NCBI GenBank assembly: GCA_951406725.2
Contig: OX597817.1
Span: forward strand, 82,522,001-82,586,000
Reading direction: 5' to 3'
Origin: Octopus vulgaris
Taxonomy: Eukaryota
DNA: 64,000 bases
Under the pieces are notes generated by a model. That model did not search any database. It had not been told where the DNA came from and saw only the letters and a list, made by a program, of their open reading frames with translations. Position 1 is the first letter of the stretch, and every line of letters begins with the position of its first letter. Shown in pieces: positions 35,736-49,198 of the stretch. The translations under genes were made by a program, and so were the position numbers.

Positions 35736-36451
35736 TGTATATGTGGGCAGATGTGCACGTGTGTGTGTATGTGTGTTTGTGTCTGTGTTTGTGTGTACCC
35801 TTGTTGTAACATCATTTGATGTTTGTAGACAAGTATCACTATCATACAAGTAATGTTGTTCATTTCCCGTCAACTGTGGTGAAATATTACCTTGTTGGAA
35901 AACAAGTGAGAGTTGACGACAGTGAAAGCATCCAGCTATAGAAAATCTGCCTTAATAAATTCTGTCTGAGCCATGCAAGCATGGAAAATGAATGTTAAAT
36001 AAATATGGTGATGATGGTGATGGCCAATATGCATACAAATATGCATGAATGCAAGTAAACATACACACATGTATACATTCACATATACACACAAACATAC
36101 ATATACACGTACATATACACACATATATACATATATTTGTATATACATACACACATATATACATACATATGTATATACATACACACAAACATATATAGAA
36201 GTACATACATAAAAACATGAATCCATCCATCCATCCATCTATCCATTCATCCATACATACACACATACATATGTACATGCATACATACATTCATTTATTC
36301 ACTCATTTTCATATGCTAATATTACTAAACTAGTATACACCAGCAGCTTACTGCTTTCAGATTTTATCCTCCCTAGGAGGAAAGAAACAGATGCACCATT
36401 GGGTTAAACTGGTTGATGAAATGAATGATGATGATTAGTTAAGAAACATCA

Positions 36452-36688
36452 AAGTGACGAGCTGGCTGAAAAGTTAGCACGCTGGGCAAAATGCTTAGTG
36501 ATATTTCGTCTGCCACTACATTCTGAGTTCAAATTCCACCAAGGTTGACTTTGCCTTTCATCCTTTCGGGGTTGATAAATTAAGTACCAGTTACGTACTG
36601 GGGTCGATGTAATTGACTTAATCCGTTTGTCTGTCCTTGTTTGTCCCCTCTATGTCTACCTCCTTGTGGGCAATAAAGAAATAAGAAA
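36452..36688 (+). mobile_element. SINE family B (CpG-decayed)
   Basis: Collinear with 2175-2397. Confidence 0.85.
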
Positions 36689-36963
36689 TATAATCTTGAA
36701 ACATGTTCCAAGCCAAGAGTTTACATACCCTAAATTCTAAGGGTTGGGTGCTGTTGAAATAGGCACATAAGACATGAAGACATTATACTTTTTTCTCGTA
36801 CAACAGTGGGAGATCAAGGTGCCAGCAGAAATATGATTCTTGTTGAGTTATTGCTTGACAAGCTAAAGCAAATACAGAGCCATGTTTGTTCTGGGCCAAT
36901 AACCTTGTTGATTTGCCATAAACCAAAATGTCAATCATATCTAGTTGGAATCATTTGATAAAA

Positions 36964-37209
36964 TATGAGTGGGTACTGAAATATGAGATCACCATGTTGC
37001 GCTGCAAAGTTCCTGGCTTTGGGTAAAAGAAAATTGAGAAGGATCAGCTAATAATGATTTTATTCAACATATTCCCCTCTCTGATTAACACACTTATTGT
37101 AGCAGTCCTTCAGTTTTCTAAGCTTTGTAAAAGAACTCAGAATTTTGGGGCTCCAGCCAATACTTTCATGATACCCTTAAAGCCAGGAATTTTTCAGTAC
37201 CCTCTCGTT
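36964..37209. mobile_element. Mariner-type MITE (~245 bp)
   Basis: TIRs tatgagtgggtactgaa[insert]aagttcctggcttt / aaagccaggaatttttcagtaccctctcgt. Confidence 0.7.
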
Positions 37210-40183
37210 CATCAATGAAATTCAGCAATGAAATGATGTTAACTTAATTCTCAAATTATTCTATAATTAGTGGTATATTCATAACTGCCCCATAGCATGT
37301 TCTAACTTACACACAGTGTCGTAAATTGGAACATTTAGACTTTTTTTCAGGAATCATTCTCAGCTTCACCTGACAGTCTTTGCTGAGTTTATCATAGATG
37401 TGTCTGAGGGTGTACAGGTGTATATCTATACAATGTATGATGTAGTAGATTTATCATTATAACCAAATTTTGAAAATAAGCATTTTTTGTAAAATATGTT
37501 TCATCTAATCTCTTCTTCCCTGGCATGTAATCAATAAAAAAAAGTTAATATTTTACAAGCCATGACATACAACAGGATATGCTAATATCATCAGGAAATA
37601 ATTTTTTAAAATATAGGATTTCCTGAGCAGGGTTCTTTCTGCATGCCCCCAAAGTTTAATTTTGTATCAGAATGAATTCATTATCTGGAAATATTTAAGT
37701 TAAAAGGTTCACAGCTAGAGATGATATACATCATAAAAGTGTACCAATCTTTAATTAGTTCCCTTGGAAACATCCCTGGGTTAAATTACTGTAATCCAAG
37801 ATTAAAGTCTGCATCAGTACTTTCTACATACGTCTTTTTGTAGATACACACAACTAGTTAAAAATTCTCAGATGCAGAATCTTTAAATGTCTCACAAATT
37901 TCCAATGTGCCACTGACTCGTGGATCAGATTTGGAGGGTGTGTGTCAGTTTCTTTTCTTCTTTTTTAGGAAAATCCTGTTTTAGTTTTTAATTTTTTGTG
38001 CAAATCCAAAGTTACAAAGCACATGCATCTGTGTGCATGTGTGTATATATATGCATGCACATGTGTAATTGTGTGTGTATATATATGCATGCACATATGT
38101 AAGTGTGTGTGTACATATACATGTCTGTGTATTTATATTTGGCTCCGTGAAATTCACTGGTTATAAGTGATGTTGTTGTCACTTCTGTCAACAAATTGAT
38201 TGTCGGCTTCACACCTTCAAAGAAGTGATGTAGATTCCTAACTCGAAAAACTGGTAAGGGTTAGTAACAAGAAAGCCATCTAGCTATAAAACAATGCCTT
38301 AATAATATATCCATCTAACTCTTCCTATCATAAATAAATTGATATAAAATAAATAAAACAAACTGAACATGTGCAAAGGTACACCGAAACACAATGAAGG
38401 GCATTACAGAAGTAAACAAATTCTGTTTCATCAATATTTGATAACAAATCCAGGCTTGTAAGAATTTTGTACATTTTGCCAATCTAATATTTTTCTCTTA
38501 CTTATTTGATTGATCTGAAGGAAGGGGCTATGTTCAAGTCCTTCACAGGCTCTCTCTGAGAGCAAAGAATTGTTTATTATCTCGATAAGTCCCAAATATT
38601 TTCACCTTCAGCAGTAACCTCAATATCTTCATGAATGTTAATCTGACCTACTTTACAAACTGGAACATTAGATTATTTCTAATGCCTTTCTTATGTTCCT
38701 TGTGTTAACTACGCTTTGATCTCTTACCTTCATTCATAACTGCTAGAATGTGATTATAGAACACTTGATATTACTTGTTAGCTGTGATACACTTCTTTCC
38801 GATAACCCCCAACAACAACCTCCACCGTTGCCGATATTATGGGTTTCTTTACCTCAAACCTTCATTTTGTTCCCCTCATGGTCAGTATTTCTCTAGCTAT
38901 GTAGTAATTGTTAAAGATACAACCATATAATCACATTAGTTTTCAGTTGTTCATGTGCAAAAAATAAAAAAAAATGTGCAATTTTTCTGCATTGCTTTCC
39001 ACAAAAAAATTGCATCCACTACTACTACTACTACTATTACTACTAAAAAAAATGAATGCAGAGGATTAATAATTTCCAATCATCACTGTTTATTTCCAAT
39101 CATGATCAGAACCAATATTGTCACTCCTTTTTTTATTATACTTCATCACACCAACAACTCTATCTGCTATGTCCTTTGTTTAAGTTCTCTTTTAACGTTA
39201 TGTTTTATGTTATCACTCTACATTGTCTCCATGCCATTACAAGCATACATCAAAGCAAGACAGCAAATAAGAACTATTCATGACTCTGTATGAAGCTTTT
39301 AAGACATTTTCAAACATGTACATCATATGCAACCATGATACACATTACTTTCTAAAAGTCGATAGATGTGCACAGACAAAAATGTATACACACAACACAC
39401 ACACACGCGGGTGTATAGATACATATGCAGTAGCCTACTCAGAAAAATCCAAATGTACAAACATACAGGCAGTTAAAAATATGTACTACTATATACAGAA
39501 ACAGAGAGATATATATAAGCAGACAGATAACAGATGTAGTTATGCATGTATTGATATTTTCACATACAATATTCTGGAATGTACAAGCCTTAGTGTTATT
39601 TTATAAATAAATGGTCCAACACATGCATATATTCTAGTAAAAAATTGTAAAAACTACTACAAAATACTTCCCTCATTTCCTGTTGTTTTTTTTTCAACTT
39701 TTTATTGAAACTGAAAAATATGATCAATCGATTTGCTATATGGGAACAATAATAGTCTACATTTACCAAGTATGTTGCCTTACCAATATTTATTGATTAC
39801 ACAGCTTGATATTCTTCAGAATTATTATTATTATTATCCTTATTTTTAGATAGGCCAATATACAGGCAAAAAGCATGGCAGAATAAGATGTAATTATTGG
39901 TATATTATTCTTGATAAATTTACCCAACTTTAAAAGACAACATCTAGGGAAAGATTTCAATCCTACAGTGGTTTATAGTCTAGGAATCATGCATAAAACC
40001 AAAGCAGGCCAACCACATTCAATTTGAGCTATTTTTTGGTAAAATCATTAGAGGGAGACTAAATTCATCTACATATTTATATGGTTAATCCTTTGCTCCA
40101 TTTAACCAGAGATAAACTCACAAATCAGAAACTGTGAGAGTTTAGTTTATGTGTGAATAAACATACTCCAACTACCTGGAAGA

Positions 40184-40362
40184 TTAACTCCTTAGCATTT
40201 AAACTGTCCGTATTCGGCCCAAGTATTCTACATGTTTTACATTCCAGCTGGCCATATCTAGCCTCTCACACCTACCCTATGCTGTCATTCTAAAAATAAA
40301 CAATCACATCATAGAAACCTCAGAGCTACAAGATAAAGCATGATTAATTCAAAACAATTTGA
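40184..40362 (+). mobile_element. Possible piggyBac-like MITE end, truncated by (TA)n
   Basis: TTAA followed by ctccttagcatttaaac; no partner TIR found. Confidence 0.35.
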
Positions 40363-40380
40363 ATATATATATATGTATAC

Positions 40381-40419
<39 letters not shown>

Positions 40420-40510
40420 GTAAGGAAAATTTTTTTTTAAAATGCAGAATGCTCAAATGAAAGAAAATTTTAATAAAATGAGAAATTGATAAAATATATA
40501 AATATATATT

Positions 40511-40552
40511 TATTCAACCGGTTTTCGTCATTGTATGACTTGTCAAGAATAT
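40511..40552 (-). ncRNA. Minimal hammerhead motif with U3:A8 core
   Basis: Minus strand UAUUC-UUGACAA-GUCAU-ACA-AUGAC-GAAA-A-CCGG-UU-GAAUA: perfect 5-bp stems I and II, palindromic stem III; ~90 nt from (TA)n 40362-40418. Confidence 0.65.
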
Positions 40553-41589
40553 TTGTTTTAAAAAGTTTTTTTAAAAATTAGAAAGGGGAAAAAAAAGAAA
40601 ATTGCATTGTTTTTTGCAAAAGAATAATGATAAAAATGTACAAAAATTAAAAAATAAGTACTCCGATACATTGTGAGTTCGTTGTGTATCTTGAGTTTTA
40701 TGATTGTTCACGAAAAAATTACCTTGAGGTATTAAGATCCAAAGGTGCTGTATACACAACTAATTATACACTGTCAACTAACACTGGCTGCAAATATAAC
40801 AAAATTATAATGTAAACACCATTTCGTTTAATAAGATGAAAGATGAGCATTTTTGTCTCACTACAAACAAATATTTCTAACATATCTTACTTAGAATCAG
40901 GTGTCACATTTAGAATCTAAAGGCACTTAACAGCATCAGAAGCTATATATTATTCATTTCTGGAAAATAGAATTATATTATTCCTCCTTATGAACACCTC
41001 ACATCTAAGTCCTCCAGATTTCCTGTAATCTCTTATCAATTATAATAATATGTCATTAAAATCAAGAAACATTAACCATATGATATAAATGAAACACCAG
41101 CATATAATCTCTAGTTTGTTATTGAATCTCTGTAATATCTTTCCATTTTATTGTCAGTAAACACTGCCTCTTCTCCTTTTGTTATAAGCTACTTGCCTTT
41201 GTATAAAATCCACCATACTTTTACTTTTTATCAAGTACGCTAGCACTCACACCATCTAATTATAAGCATTTCGTTCATTCATTTTCTAGAATCCAAAAGC
41301 ACACATTTCTAGGATTATTTTTCTGTCTATTCAACCAAAATGTATTTCATCTATACATTAACTGTTCCACCCATATGAAAACATCTTAACTATTCAGTCA
41401 AGGATTATATCAAAGAGCCATAACATCTGTCTCTAATTTTTGAATAAACTGGAAACCAAATTGTGAAATCCTAAAATAATTAGTACAAAAAATTAGGGAC
41501 CACAAATATTCACTTGGAAACTCAGTACTAACACACAACTTTTAGTACATTTAAAAGTGATTGATTCAGTATCTTTTATCTTTTAGTTG

Positions 41590-41960
41590 TTTCAGTCATT
41601 AGAATACGGCCATGTTGGGCCTTCAAGGATTTTTAGTCAAATCAATCTGCCCCACTACGTTTTTTTTAAAACCTGGTATTTGTTCTATTGGTCTATTTTG
41701 CCAAACCGCAAGGTAAGGAGAACATAAACACACCAGCACAGATTGTCAAGTGGTGGTGGGGAACAAACACAGACACACACACACACACATACACATACAT
41801 ATATATAAATATACAACAGGCTTCTTTCAGTTTCCATCTACCAAATCCACTCATTAGGCTCCGGTCGGCCCAAAACTATAGTAGAAGACACTTTCCCAAG
41901 GTGCCACGCAGTGGAACTGAACCTGGCAAGCTTCTTACCACACAACCATACCTGCACCTA
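41590..41960 (-). mobile_element. SINE family A
   Basis: Reverse-complement homology to 28925-29320. Confidence 0.8.
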
Positions 41961-42059
41961 TGTTTACTATTTGCGATCATCACTGTACAACTGACTCATG
42001 TGACAAAGACCAAAGCAATGCGTATGCTAGTATAATAGAACTAAATCCATTTATATATG

Positions 42060-42372
42060 CCAGCACCGCCTTGACTGGCTTCCGTGCCAGTGGCACGTAA
42101 AAAGCACCATCTGAATGTAGTCGACGCCAGCACCGCCCTGACTGGCTTCCGATCGTGGCCGTTGCCAGCCTCACCTGGCACCTGTGCCGGTGGCACATAA
42201 AAAGCACCCACTACACTCATGGAGTGGTTGGTGTTAGGAAAGGCATCCTGCTGTAGAAACACTGCCAGATCAGACTGGAGCCTGATGCAGCCTTCTGGCT
42301 TCCCAGATCCCCGGTTGAACCGTCCAACCCATGCTAGCATGGAGAACGGACATTAAACGATGATGATGATGA
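42060..42372 (+). mobile_element. SINE family D
   Basis: gtggcacgtaaaaagcacc..gttaggaaaggcatcc..ttaaacgatgatgatg. Confidence 0.85.
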
Positions 42373-42897
42373 TATATACATTACATTCATAACTTCAGAC
42401 ATGTTTAACATTAAATGGTCATTGTAGAAGATTACAAATGCATCCTTGTCTTAGTAAATAAACAGATGCACACACATTCAGTGGGGCACAATATTATGTA
42501 AGTGTTAGTTTCGAATTACCTTAGTGGTATTTACACAATGGTCTAGCATACAATGATTTCATACATAAACTTAAAATATCTTAAGGGCTTTCTTCTATCT
42601 AACTATCTTAAGATATCAAATTTGCACCTGGGCTTGTGATGAAGTTACTAAATATACACAAGTGTGTAATAAACTCTGTGTAGGTGTATTACTTTTTACT
42701 TTATAAATAAAGGTATTGAACAGTAAGTACATCAGCTCTTCTGTGTGCAGAGGAACTGAAGATGGATTTATGATGTGAATATCTTTCTTAAGGCTTTTAG
42801 TAGCGTAAATAAAACTAAATAGTTATAATTGGTAATCAAATCCATATTGCAGATTGCTTTCGTAAGAAAAATACTTGAAACATTATAGTCCTCGTCA

Positions 42898-43130
42898 TGA
42901 TGTGTGTGTGTGTGTGTGTGCGTATGTACATATACATATATGTATGTATACATATGTGCATGTGTGTTTATGTATGTATATATGTATGTATGAATGCATG
43001 CATGTGTGTATGTACATATGTATATATGTATGTATACATGTGTGCATGTGTGTTTGTGTATGAATGTATGTATGTATGATTGCATGCATGCATCTGTGTG
43101 TTTGTGTGTGTGTGTGTGTACGTATGAATG
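42898..43130. repeat. (TG)n/(TATG)n microsatellite block
   Basis: Directly visible. Confidence 0.9.
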
Positions 43131-43164
43131 CATGATAAAAACTTCTACTAGGGCTAAAAGTGTA

Positions 43165-43330
43165 ATGGTAGAAATAACAGATGGTTACGTGCAGATACTG
43201 CTGATGTCCCCAGAGTGATGCAAACCAAATTTGTAACAGTTTTAGGAGCAGAGAGTAATGAAGAAAGCATCAGTTCACAAAAGTATTTAGAGGGCAAAAC
43301 CACTGTACATCCAACCATCCATAGCAACAG
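43165..43330 (+). mobile_element. Short maT-like transposase remnant
   Basis: RWLRADTADVPRVMQTKFVTVLGAESNE resembles NNCWIA..HVPRVIKIKHPVNIMVFGVITSD at 48.4-48.5 kb. Confidence 0.4.
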
Positions 43331-43404
43331 ATTAATACCATTAATAAATTGACTGGCATTATCAGCAAAAGCATATTAATTAAATATAAGAATGCTGAAT
43401 TCTT

Positions 43405-43935
43405 TATTTCATCTATTCAGTCGGGCGACTTGATCAAACCAATACAACTCTTCCACACAAGATGTCATGACATTTCTTAGCAATCTTTATATCCTCAACT
43501 TGGTATCCTGTATCTTCCACAAGTTGATTGGTATACCCTCTTCTTATTTCTTTATTGCCCATAAGGGGATAAACATGGAAGGGACAAACAAAGACAGACA
43601 AAAAGATTAAGTCAATTACATCGACTCCAGTGTGTAACTGGTATTTAATTTATTGACCCTGAAAGGATGAAAGGCAAAGTCGACCTTGGCGGAATTTGAA
43701 CTCAGAACGTAACGGCAGACGGAATACCACTAAGCATTTCGCCTGACATGCTAACGTTTCTGCCAGCTTGCCAGCTCGGGGTGCTAATGTTCCGGCCAGT
43801 AGACCAAGACCCTCTTCTTGGTCTACTGACACATGTATATTCATGTGTGGGATTCCAGAGAAGATCACCAGATATTTTATCCTGGATTCTAAAGTATGAG
43901 CTGCATAATGAGTTTTTTCTTTGATTATCAAGATG
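43405..43935 (-). mobile_element. RTE-like LINE 3' end interrupted by a SINE B (43546-~43795)
   Basis: LLWNPTHEYTCVSRPRRG / YTNQLVEDTGYQVEDIK; 11-bp TSD accctcttctt at 43535-43545 and 43809-43819. Confidence 0.65.
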
Positions 43936-45204
43936 GGGAGGCTGGCATGCATGGGCGACTGCTGGCCTTCCATAAACAACCTTGCCCAGACTTGTGCCTC
44001 GGAGGGTAACTTTCTTGGTGCAATCTGATGGTCATTCATGACCGGAGGGGGTCTCCTCAGTCTTAAAATAAAAGTAACGCACTAGATAACATAGTTCAAA
44101 TTATACCAATCCTGAAGAAAAGTAGATTCATGGAATAGTGAACAAGAGTTATCAAGGGAATTTTTACATTATCCCTCGACTTGCTAAAGACAACAGCCAA
44201 ATATCCATCAAATCACACCTTAACTCTCTTAAAATAAGAGGGACATCTCAGATAATATAGTTCCAGATATTTCATGTCTGGAGATAAGTAAAAAAGAAAA
44301 AGAAGACTGACATTTACATAAAAACATTAGGCAATTATTTTAGATGTTAACGATGCAAGTGGCATTTGATTAGCTCGAAATAAAATGTTTGTTTTATGGT
44401 TTACTCACTTCTCTCCCATTTCAGTTTTCACTTTCTCCACAAATTGCATTCTCTCCTTTTTTAAATATTCTCGAATGGCACTTAAAAATATACCATAGTT
44501 GCCTTCATCATCCTGTAAGAGAACAACAGTAATTTCATTTGTGATTATTCATCTCCTCCTTCTCCTCCTCCTCCTCATCCCCACCGCTGCTACCGATACT
44601 ACCATTACTACCAATGTTCCCACCACTACCAACCACTGCCACCACCACTACTCCCACAACTACCAACACCACCACCACCACATTCATCATCACATGGTAG
44701 AAAACACATACATAAAATGTCTTGCAGATGGGTTGAACCTGAAATTTACAGAGTTGCATAACAAGCTTCTTAACCCCACAGCCAACATAAATGTATCAAG
44801 AAATGTCGAATCAGATATTTCATTAAATCAACTTACTAGGTGCAGGTGTGGTTGCTTCCAAATCACATGATTATGGGTTCAGTCCCACTGTGTGGAACCT
44901 TAGGAAAATGTCTTCTATGATTCCCCCAAGTCAACCAAAGACTTGTAAGTGGATTTAAGAGACAGAAACTGAAAGACACTAGTAAAAGAGGTGATAAAAC
45001 ATCTTGGACATCCACTGCATCTTTCTCCATTCCTAGTTGTCTTGATCTGGTCTTGCTACAACATTGAAGATTGGTCAAGAGTGGAGATGATGGTGTACAA
45101 CTCTTCTTCACTTCAAACAAAATCACAGTGAAAGTCATCAGTCATCCCGAAGGCTGAGTACTTGTAGATGGTACTCACTGCTCTGACAGATGAACATATA
45201 CAGT

Positions 45205-45488
45205 AATTACCCAGCTAACAAGGGGCTAAAGATAGAGAACATAACGGCAGACGAAATACCTATTTCTTTACTACCCACAGGGGGCTAAACACAGAGGGAC
45301 AAACAAGGACAGACAAATGGATTAAGTCAATTACATCGACCCCAGTGCATAACTGGTACTTAATTTATCGACCCCAAAAGAATGAAAGGCAAAGTCGACC
45401 TCGGTGGAATTTGAACTCAGAATGTAACGGCAGACGAAATACCGCTAAGCATTTCACCCGGTGTGCTAACGCTTCTGCCAGCTTGCCC
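45205..45488 (-). mobile_element. SINE family B (partly dimeric)
   Basis: Reverse-complement homology to 9078-9310. Confidence 0.85.
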
Positions 45489-45489
45489 A

Positions 45490-46676
45490 GTACTCATAAC
45501 CACTTAGCCGCAGCATTCAATTCATTGATAAGTGAGCCAGAATCAACACCAAACTGGATGCTGGAAGGGCAAACCACACTGATTCCCAAAAACAAAGACG
45601 CAGTACACCGACAAAATTACAGACCAATAACATGCCAATCAATATTCTACAAAACCCTGACATCAGTCAACTATAACTGGCTTGTAGAGTAACTGGAAAA
45701 CAACAATGTCTTACCAGAAGAACAAAAAGGGTGCCAGAGATGGATGTATGGCTGTAAGGAACAACTTCTGGTAAACTGAGCAATTATAGAAGAATGTAAG
45801 AGGAGAAAGACAAACCTGAACATGACTTGAATTGATTACCAGAAAGCATTCAACAGTGATACTGAAATCTCTCTAAACAAATAAGGTAGTTCCCACCACT
45901 ACTAAATATATTAAACATGCAATGGCAAACTGGAGAACCAGTATAACATTAAAAAAATGACTCACAAGTTATGAGGACCTACCTTACACCCATAAGAAGA
46001 GGGATTTTCCAGGGAGACTCACTGTCACCCCTGCTTTCCTGCTGGTTCAAACTGATAAAGAAATAATAGCTAATCACTGAGACAATAATCAAGGATTGGC
46101 GAAAAAACACCTACTTACTGATAGACATTGCAGTCCCTTCTGATAAAAAATATTGTCAAAAAAGAAGTGGAGAAAATGTCGAAGTACAGAACTCGAAATT
46201 GAAGTATTCAAAATGTGGGGCATGAAGGTAAAAACAATAGTTAGAACATTGGGCATGATAAAAAGTTATATGAACAAAAATGTAGAAGCTATATCTGGAT
46301 CCTCAACTTTATACACTACCCCAAATATAACCCTGCTCAGAACAGCCCACATCCTACACAAGACACTATCAATCCAATAATACAACCTAAACAAAACAAC
46401 CCTCAAATATGAGACATACTCTATACAATATTTACCCAGTGAAATAAACCCCTACCAGTAAGCTAAACAACCAAAGCATTACACACTCAACACACAATAC
46501 AAGCAGTAATACAACAAAAGACAGAACTACACCTCAAGCTACTGGGAAAAGTTTGCACACTCTCAAAGGCAGAAAAGAACACACAATGCTGCACCCCACC
46601 CCACAGCAACATGGAGGTGTAGAAGGAGATGCAATAGAAATTTGCCTCAATCTGCCAAATATTGAACTGTTATATA
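45490..46676 (+). mobile_element. Internally deleted R4/Dong LINE ending in (TAA)n
   Basis: WMLEGQTTLIPK..NYRPITC..EEQKGC..GCKEQLL..IDYQKAF, RGIFQGDSLSPL fused directly to the RLE (LLIDIAVPSD..HILHKTLSIQ*). Confidence 0.88.
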
Positions 46677-47056
46677 ATAATAATAATAATAATCCTGAAA
46701 TTTTGGAGGAGGTGTTAAGTTGATTACACTGACTCCAGTTTTTTTAACTGATACTTTTCTAGCCCATTACTTCTTTTTCTCTTTATCTCTCTTTCACTCA
46801 CCTTATACTTATTACCTCCCTTTGCTCCCTTCCAAATGCCTGTACCATTCATTTATCATTGTCCTGCCTTGTTTTTCATTAGAATGCTCTGACTCTGATG
46901 GGGATAGCATTAGTTCTTTCAGGTTGTTCAATCTTTCTCAACTGATCAATGGACCTACTGAGTAAACCGATCAATGAGTGAACCTACACTGACTATTATT
47001 TAAACTTTGTCTTGTGTGTGTGTGTGTGTATACATACACACGCATGTGTATGTATG

Positions 47057-47090
<34 letters not shown>

Positions 47091-47347
47091 TGCATATGTA
47101 TTGGGTTTGGGCACAGTGTCTGTGGACCCAACTGGAAGTGCAGAGAATTGGCCAAACAAAAGTTGTGGTAGAAGACATGGGTCCAAGGTGTTCCTCACTC
47201 AATACAACTGATCCTAAAACTATGGACAGATGTAAAATTCTCAGCCACATAGTTACTATAACTCTTAAGCTACTACTAAAACTCTGTAGATTAACAATTA
47301 TTACATACTTCATTAATTCCTTTTCTTAAAAGTAATAATCATAATTT

Positions 47348-47696
47348 CGTTTTTGGATTTGGTTTGCAAGATTCTTTATATGAGTTTGTGTGTTGAAGCA
47401 CATTCTGTTGTCTGGGGAGAGTCATTTTCTTTTTGTGCCTTATAACGTAACACACTCACCGGTAAAATTTCCACTTATTTCACTGGTAAAATTTCCACTT
47501 ATTTCTTATTTTTATTTTCTTAAAATTTTTGTTGCATCTTGCAACATTTTCAAGAGTCAAGACTATTGAAAAGGTTGCAAGATGCAAGGAATATTTTAGG
47601 AAAGTAAAAATAAGAAATAAGTGAAAATTTTACTGGTGAGTGTGTTACATTCATTATAAGGCACAAAAAGAAAATGACTCTCCCCAGACACAACAG
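47348..47696. mobile_element. Fold-back (inverted-arm) Penelope-like non-autonomous insertion with 14-bp TSD
   Basis: Arms ~47402-47558 and ~47561-47699; TSD AATAATCATAATTT at 47334-47347 and 47697-47710; empty paralogous site near 52200-52230. Confidence 0.75.
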
Positions 47697-47859
47697 AATA
47701 ATCATAATTTTCTCCCATAATTCAATATGAAGTAAAATTTAATTTTCTCCTCTCATGATTAGAAATATTGGCAATAAAAAAAAATATATTTTGTTTGAAT
47801 CCAAGAAATGAAAATAGAAATGAAATTGTCGCTATTTTATATTTTTTATTTTGCACATG

Positions 47860-49030
47860 TGCATTATTTGTTTTTGATTTTGTCAACTACACAGTATAGT
47901 AGGGTCAGGTGTGCACCATCTGTGAGAAAAACAGCACTACGATGCAATTCACTTCACCAGAAATTTGGAAACGACATGCTGTACTGCTTGGCATTTATGC
48001 AGGAGACTCCAATATGAACATTTCAGAGTGTTTGGGTGTCAATCTGAGGAGAGTATAGAGGATTTGGTAAAAGTGGGATAAGTCTAATGGTGATTATGAA
48101 GGTACAGCAGCTCAGAAAACTCATTCTGATCATTCTGATAAAAACAGAACTCCTGAATTTTTTGACAATGATCCCTCCAAGTCAAGCAGGTCCATTGCCA
48201 AGGGCATGAGAGTGTCTGAGTTTCTTATCAGGCAGGCAGTTCATAAAGACATTTGGTATTCCTCAAACAAGGTGAGAAAGGACCAAATTTTATCCTAAGC
48301 CATCAAAGACAAGAGGAAAGACTGCATTATGAAGCTTCTGAACAAACTCAAGCATCCCCCTCCAACTGATCATGCTTTGGTTTTAAACAGACAGGAAAAA
48401 TTTCTGCCAGGATCAAATGGTGAACAAACAGAACAACTGTTGGATTGCCGTGTTCTCAAAACATGTACCAAGAGTGATAAAAATCAAACATCCAGTCAAC
48501 ATCATGGTGTTTGGAGTGATCACTAGTGACAGCGACGTTATGCTTCCATTCCAACATTGTCTCATACTCAATACGGAGGCCCACATCAAGTGCCTGGATG
48601 GGGAAGTGCTGCCCTGGGTGAAGAGGCGTGGCTGCTAGTAGACCCTGTATCTAGCAACAGGACTTTGCACCATACCACACAAGCAGGAGAACCCAGTCAT
48701 GGCTGTCACACAATTTCTGCAACCACATCACCCTTAACATCTGGCCAACTAACTCCCAAAACTGCAACCCCTTATTATGTGTGGGGCACAGTTGAGCAAG
48801 AGACCAACAAAACTTCTTGTAACACCAAAGATGAACTGAAGGCAAGGATTATGGCAGCATTCTCCAACTTAAACAAGGAAACTATCCAGGAGAGTTGCAG
48901 GAGATTCCGAAGTCGTCTGAAGATTGTGGTTGAGGACAATGGCAATTTTATTGAATAAATTTACTCTTTAGATTTTTAAGATATTTTTATGCAATTTTGG
49001 TAAATGTCAGTGTTATTTTCATTTTTGTAT
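47860..49030 (+). mobile_element. DD37D (maT) Tc1/mariner transposon; transposase pseudogene 47942-48958
   Basis: MQFTSPEIWKRHAV..IMVFGVITSD..QQDFAPYHTS..IWPTNSQNCNP..YYVWGTVE; ~37 residues between the 2nd D and the (eroded) 3rd D. Confidence 0.88.
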
Positions 49031-49074
49031 AATTTAGATGGTAATTTATCTTGTATATATATATATATATATAT

Positions 49075-49109
49075 ATTATTTTAGCACTTTCTATCTTGGC
49101 TTTTTTTCC

Positions 49110-49141
<32 letters not shown>

Positions 49142-49182
49142 ATATATGGAAAAAAAGCCAAGATAGAAAGTGCTAAAATAAT
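49075..49182. repeat. Perfect 35-bp inverted repeat centred on (TA)n
   Basis: attattttagcactttctatcttggctttttttcc (49075-49109) / reverse complement (49148-49182). Confidence 0.92.
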
Positions 49183-49198
49183 TTTATAAAAAACATTT

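Noticed and set aside
36342-36362. 21-nt minus-strand microexon with good splice sites
   Set aside because: Contains a stop in the phase needed to join the terminal exon; likely chance without RNA data
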